This document shows, piece by piece, positions 59,432 through 64,000 of a stretch of 64,000 bases of DNA. The DNA lies in NCBI GenBank assembly GCA_963820825.1, contig CAWGBN010000002.1, forward strand, positions 64,001 through 128,000. The letters run 5' to 3'. Position 1 is the stretch's first letter. Each line of letters starts with the position of its first letter. The notes below the pieces were generated by a model. The model did not search any database. It was not told where the DNA came from and worked only from the letters and a program-made list of their open reading frames with translations. The DNA is from Vulcanimicrobiota bacterium. Its GTDB lineage: Bacteria; Vulcanimicrobiota; Vulcanimicrobiia; Vulcanimicrobiales; Vulcanimicrobiaceae. Made by a program: the position numbers and the translations under genes.

Positions 59432-60731
59432 AGAAATAACTCGGCGGATAGGGTGCGGGAATGCGCTTGAATTTCGACGGCGGTTTCGAGAAGTCGAAGC
59501 AGTCGAAGAGATCGTCGGAGCGTTCGTCGGTCGTACGCATTGACGGCAGCCCGAAGATCTTCTCCGTAAACTTCAAGATGCTGCCGAACTCGTGTTGGTC
59601 GTGCGAGATGTAGTGATTCTTTGCATAGGGCGAGATGATGATGAGCGGCACGCGAAAACTCAGCTCGTACGAGTTATAGAGCTTCGGTGCAACGTGGTCG
59701 TACCAGCCGCCCCAATCGTCCCAGGTCACGAAGATCGCCGTTGAATCCCAATACTGACTCTCGCCGATCGCGTTGACGACGGCAGCAACCCAGGAGGGTC
59801 CGGTCCCGTCGTTCGATTGCGCGTGATCCGAGGCCAGCGCCGTCGGAGTCACCCAGACGACGTCGGCGAGCTTGCCGCCGGCCACGTCTTTGAGCACTTG
59901 CGACGGCGGATTGACGACGTTTTTCGAGTAGCCGCGGCTGGTGCGAACGTGCAAGACCGCGTCGGGGCCGTTCCATAGACCCGGCCCGGGCACCGCTTGG
60001 TAGTAGCGCCACGTCAATCCCTTCCGTTGCAGCAGCTCCATGAGCGAGATCCGCTCGTAGCACGGGAACGACTTTCGGTTCTCCACCCCGGCCGCATCGA
60101 TTAACGAGACGAGTGACCCCGGCGGCGAGTCGCAGCCGCCGGCAGCGTTTCCGATGGGATGATAGGGATTCTCCGCGGCACGCAGCGACGATCCGGCGGT
60201 AACGGCCGAGGTTCCGCTCACCAGATACTGATGCGCGGGGAAACTCGGACCCTGATTCGATTGAAACATGCGATCGCCGAACGCATACTGCATCGCCATC
60301 GCGAAGTATGGTTTTATCTCGTCGTGCGGGACGTAACCGTACGCGCGTACTTCTTTTGGAATGCAGACGGTCGCGCCCAAGCAGTTGGAGTTCTCGTGGT
60401 TGAAGCCGTTGAGCTTACCGTTCGCGTGCTCGGTCTCGAAGCCGGCGTGCGAATGATCGAGGTCGTACGGGGCGGTCAGTGAGACCGGCTGCAGGCGGAC
60501 GCGCCGGCCGCTCGAGTTCAGCCCGCTGCGCACGGTATCGGCGCCGGGGAATCCGTTGAAGAGCTCGTCGGTCGAACGATTCTCTTGGATGACGATGACG
60601 ACGTGCTTGATCTTCGCAGCCGCCTGGGTGCGGGAATCGGGGAGCGTGAGGACGGAACCGTTGGAGCCGTTTTGCGCGCATCCGGAGGCGGCAACGAGAA
60701 GGGCCAGGAGGGCGCAGCGCGAGCTCCGCAT
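59400..60731 (-). CDS. Phosphoesterase/phospholipase C (alkaline phosphatase family) lipoprotein
   Basis: Lipobox ASGC; IKHVV..QENRS.D, GPSFPAH, WDDWGGWYDHV, RVP. Confidence 0.93.
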   Translation of the reverse strand: MRSSRCALLALLVAASGCAQNGSNGSVLTLPDSRTQAAAKIKHVVIVIQENRSTDELFNGFPGADTVRSGLNSSGRRVRLQPVSLTAPYDLDHSHAGFETEHANGKLNGFNHENSNCLGATVCIPKEVRAYGYVPHDEIKPYFAMAMQYAFGDRMFQSNQGPSFPAHQYLVSGTSAVTAGSSLRAAENPYHPIGNAAGGCDSPPGSLVSLIDAAGVENRKSFPCYERISLMELLQRKGLTWRYYQAVPGPGLWNGPDAVLHVRTSRGYSKNVVNPPSQVLKDVAGGKLADVVWVTPTALASDHAQSNDGTGPSWVAAVVNAIGESQYWDSTAIFVTWDDWGGWYDHVAPKLYNSYELSFRVPLIIISPYAKNHYISHDQHEFGSILKFTEKIFGLPSMRTTDERSDDLFDCFDFSKPPSKFKRIPAPYPPSYFFGQRATEPND

Positions 60732-60737
60732 CGCGCG

Positions 60738-61766
60738 TTAGGGAGCGATACCGATTGCCACCGGGCCGTCGAGGCCTTTGCTGAGCGAGCGCATCGGCTT
60801 GCTTCCCGTTGCGGAGTAGACGGATACCGAACTCGGACAGGAGTTGGCGACGTAGAGCAGCCCCGACGAACTGCGTGCCATCGTGGTCGGACAGGCGACG
60901 CCCGATGAGATCACGCGTTCGAGCAGGAGCGTCTGCTCCGAATAGATCGAGACCGAATTGTTTCCGTAGTTCAAGACGTAGAGCTCGCCCGAAGACGTCG
61001 AGATTAACGTCACCGGCTGGCGGACGCCTTTGGTGATCGTATGCGGCGAATCTTTATGTCCCGGATGATAGACGGTCACCGAATCGTTGCCGCGGTTCGC
61101 GACGTAGAGATTTCCGTCAGAGTCGAAGGCCAGACCGTCGGGATGAGCGATGCCGATCTTGAACGTCGTCATCGGCCCCATTTTGCCCGGAGCGTAGACG
61201 GTCACGGTGTTGTTCGACCAGTTCGCGACGTAAAGATTGCCGGCAGAGTTGAAGAGCAGAGCTTCCGGCGCGCGAATCCCTTTGGTGATCGTTTGCTGCG
61301 GCGAATCCGAGGCGTGCCCGTAGATCGTGACGTCGCTCTTGCCGTAGTTGGCAACGTAGAGCTTGCCCGAGGCGCCGAACGCGAACGCATAGGGTCCGAC
61401 GATTCCTTGCGTTATCGTGCGATGCGGTTGCCCGCCGGTCGGACCGTAGACCACCACGTCGCTCAGGATGCTGCCGCTCGGACTACCGTAGTTGCCTACG
61501 TAGACGCTGCCGGAGTGATTGACCACCAGCGCGTTGGGATAGGAGATGCCGTTGGTAATGGTTCGGAGCTTCGACTTCCCACCGGCCGAGTAGACCGCAA
61601 CGGTGCTGTTGTACCAGTTCGCGACGAAGACGTTACCGGCAGCCGACGGAACGACGGTGCCGAAAGCACGATTCGCGTCGGGAGCGCCCGATGGGATTGC
61701 CGTTTCCCGACCGGCAGAGCAAGCGGTGAAGGTCAGCGCGACCAAAGCGAGCAGCAGTCGATTCAC
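60738..61766 (-). CDS. NHL-repeat beta-propeller lipoprotein
   Basis: Lipobox FTAC; repeats TIT.GI..P.AL.F...G.LYVAN..N.VTVY. Confidence 0.88.
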   Translation of the reverse strand: MNRLLLALVALTFTACSAGRETAIPSGAPDANRAFGTVVPSAAGNVFVANWYNSTVAVYSAGGKSKLRTITNGISYPNALVVNHSGSVYVGNYGSPSGSILSDVVVYGPTGGQPHRTITQGIVGPYAFAFGASGKLYVANYGKSDVTIYGHASDSPQQTITKGIRAPEALLFNSAGNLYVANWSNNTVTVYAPGKMGPMTTFKIGIAHPDGLAFDSDGNLYVANRGNDSVTVYHPGHKDSPHTITKGVRQPVTLISTSSGELYVLNYGNNSVSIYSEQTLLLERVISSGVACPTTMARSSSGLLYVANSCPSSVSVYSATGSKPMRSLSKGLDGPVAIGIAP

Positions 61767-61843
61767 GGCAGACCAGCTTCGAGTGCGCGAAGGGGAAGCC
61801 TGCCGTCGTAAGGGCAATCCCACGGAGTGCCGGGAGGTTTGCG

Positions 61844-63139
61844 ATGTTGAAGCGATTGTCGTTCGCATGTTGCCTCGCCCTGACGATTTCGTCGTGCGTC
61901 GCTCGGGATACGTACGCTCCCCCGATTTCGAGCGGCGTGCCCGCCGCAAGCACGGCCGGCGCGCCCCGTTTCGAGAGCGAGCACCGATGGGGGAACTCCA
62001 CCGAGACGCGTTGGGAGCCGGTCGTTGCGGCGGATCCCGAATCGAATTGGGTCTACCAGATGACGACCAATCAGCATCGGGATTTCTTACTCTTCCGAGC
62101 CTCGGCCAACGGAGGCGCAACGTGGGAACCGACGCGTCTCATCTGCCGCCGCGGCACGAGGGTGCCGTTCCAGTACGATCCGCAGATCGCCGGGGCGAAG
62201 GGCGGCACCGTCGACGCCGTCTGTTTGAACGGCTTCTTGCCCGGCGTCGCGTTCGCGCAATCGCACGACCACGGACGCACCTGGAGCCGAGCGGTACGCC
62301 TCGACAAGCCGCTGGGTTATAGCGACAAGCCGACGATGACGCTCTCCGCCGACGGACGGGACGTTTACGTCGCCTTCAACTCCTACAACGCGCTCTACGT
62401 CGCGGCGTCGCACGACGGCGGCTCGAGCTGGCAGCCGGCGGTCAAAGCGACGCACGAGCGTCTCTGGTACTACTCGTATACCGGAGCGACGGCTCCCGAC
62501 GGCTCGGTTTGGTTTGCCGTCGACGGCGAGACCGGAAAGAACCAAACCGCCGGAGGACGTGTGGAGCTGCTTACCTCCGCCGACCGCGGCGCGACCTGGC
62601 GTACGATTCCGTTCGCGACGACTCACGAAGGGGCCCCGTGCCGCCTGCATAACTGCTACCCCGATTTCTTTACCGCGCAAGACGCAATCGCAGTCGATCG
62701 CAGCGGCAACTACCTCTTCGTCTTTGCGAAGAACGATTCCAAACAGGCGCCCAACGAACTCTACGCGAGCCGCTCGCGCGACGGCGTGCACTGGAGCGAT
62801 CCGTCGCTGATAAACGGCCGGGGGAATAATACGAGCCCGGCGGTCGTCGCGGGCATCTCTGCCGGCGATTTCCGGCTCATCTGGCAGGACAACCGCAACG
62901 GCGCGCACGCCTGGAACACCTGGTTCGCGCGCACCACCGACGGCGGCAAAACGTGGAGCCGCGCCCTGCGTCTTTCGAACCGCGGCTCGGGCGCGCCGTA
63001 CAAGAGCCGGGGCGGCTACTACTTCCCCTTCGGCGATTATCTCGGCCTCGCCGTCGATTCCAAGGGCATCGATTACGCGATCTGGGGTGAGGGCGCGGCG
63101 ATCTACTATCCCGGAGGGACGTGGTGGACGCGCGATTGA
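61844..63139 (+). CDS. Sialidase-like BNR/Asp-box lipoprotein
   Basis: Lipobox ISSC; repeated S.DGG.TW Asp boxes; GDYLGL. Confidence 0.88.
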   Translation: MLKRLSFACCLALTISSCVARDTYAPPISSGVPAASTAGAPRFESEHRWGNSTETRWEPVVAADPESNWVYQMTTNQHRDFLLFRASANGGATWEPTRLICRRGTRVPFQYDPQIAGAKGGTVDAVCLNGFLPGVAFAQSHDHGRTWSRAVRLDKPLGYSDKPTMTLSADGRDVYVAFNSYNALYVAASHDGGSSWQPAVKATHERLWYYSYTGATAPDGSVWFAVDGETGKNQTAGGRVELLTSADRGATWRTIPFATTHEGAPCRLHNCYPDFFTAQDAIAVDRSGNYLFVFAKNDSKQAPNELYASRSRDGVHWSDPSLINGRGNNTSPAVVAGISAGDFRLIWQDNRNGAHAWNTWFARTTDGGKTWSRALRLSNRGSGAPYKSRGGYYFPFGDYLGLAVDSKGIDYAIWGEGAAIYYPGGTWWTRD

Positions 63140-63140
63140 T

Positions 63141-64000
63141 CTACCACGTGCGCGGCGCGTGCTCCAGCAGATCGCCGAGCGCGCGCGTCAGCTCGGCGCG
63201 GTCCGAGACCTGCGTCCAGGGCGGCGTCACCGTGGGAGTCTCGCTCTGGCGCTCGTACGGAACCATCGCGCTCAGGAACCCAATCGGGGTCGCCGAGTAG
63301 CCCGCGACGGTACGAAAGAGCAGGTCGGCCCAGAACGCGTTCGCCCATCCGAACTCCGGGCGGGTGAACTGCTGGGGGTCGTTCGGATTGACCGATTCGT
63401 GCATCAAGCCGTTGAGCGTATCGCTGCGGTCGAGCATGTCGATCGCGTTGACGATCTCGTCACGATGCGTCGTCGTGAGCGCGGCCCCGATAATTCCCAA
63501 TGGCCAGACCCAGCCTTTGGGCGTGTGCGGACTTCCCAGGCCGGTCGCGTACTTTCCGGTGTAATAGTACGGATCGTCGAAGCTCAGCGTAAAGCGGCGC
63601 GTATCGAGGTAGACCGGATCGAGCGTCGCGCACCAGCCGTACCACGGCAGCGTCGTTAGGTTCGGAATGTTCGCGTCGTCCATCATGTTATCGTGGCCGT
63701 AACCGTCGGTTTCGTACACGTACATCCAGCCGTACTTCGGATTGTAGACCTTGCCGTAGCGCAGGACGCCGATCTGTACTTGAGCGGCGAGCGTCGTCGC
63801 CCGCTGCGCGAGCGCGTCGTCGTCGAACGCTTCGTGCGCGAAGCGGGCGAGCAGCCGCATCGCGACGACCGCCATCGCGTTCTGGGGAACGTTGAAGCGG
63901 TAGGTTACCGGATCGTCCGAAGGGCGGAACGCGCTCCAGATCATTCCGGTGTCGGGATTGTAGCCGTCATGCGTGGGGACCGCCTGCTGCCAGACGTAGT
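63141..64000 (-). CDS. Glycoside hydrolase family 125 (exo-alpha-1,6-mannosidase), 5' truncated by window
   Basis: SAFRPSDD, YETDG, MDDANIP, GLGSPHT, MHES, FTRPEFGWAN. Confidence 0.92.
   Translation of the reverse strand, partial: YVWQQAVPTHDGYNPDTGMIWSAFRPSDDPVTYRFNVPQNAMAVVAMRLLARFAHEAFDDDALAQRATTLAAQVQIGVLRYGKVYNPKYGWMYVYETDGYGHDNMMDDANIPNLTTLPWYGWCATLDPVYLDTRRFTLSFDDPYYYTGKYATGLGSPHTPKGWVWPLGIIGAALTTTHRDEIVNAIDMLDRSDTLNGLMHESVNPNDPQQFTRPEFGWANAFWADLLFRTVAGYSATPIGFLSAMVPYERQSETPTVTPPWTQVSDRAELTRALGDLLEHAPRTW

Overview
High-GC bacterial window. The expanded set of lipobox-bearing GloVer/NHL/Vgb beta-propeller, S53 and phosphoesterase proteins suggests Candidatus Eremiobacterota/Vulcanimicrobiota (inference). 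1-13.5 kb: clean housekeeping genes (TetA-like MFS, two Zn dehydrogenases, thioesterase, ribE, ribD, ComF, NDP-sugar pyrophosphorylase, WecB/TagA, dapA, aspartokinase, asd, dapB, pcrA). 13.6-17 kb: three-gene sugar-transfer cluster with many frameshifts. 17.2-18 kb: an HNH nuclease with tandem N-terminal repeats directly upstream of tRNA-Gln(CTG)-tRNA-Glu(CTC). 17.95-24.89 kb: a ~6.9 kb satellite-like element integrated in tRNA-Glu, with a 20-bp att repeat, paired arm-type sites, tyrosine integrase, XRE repressor/triple operator/xis switch, iteron-containing Rep, a COMM-domain-like plus HEAT-like gene pair and a GloVer lipoprotein. 24.9-28 kb: a probable second tandem island remnant with IS3 debris and an IS-associated deletion. 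28-64 kb: accessory envelope, lipoprotein and metabolic genes, including an adenylate cyclase-STAND-TPR protein and a recurring sigma-H-like promoter motif. The 13.7-28 kb zone is indel-rich, probably from assembly error, so gene boundaries there are approximate.
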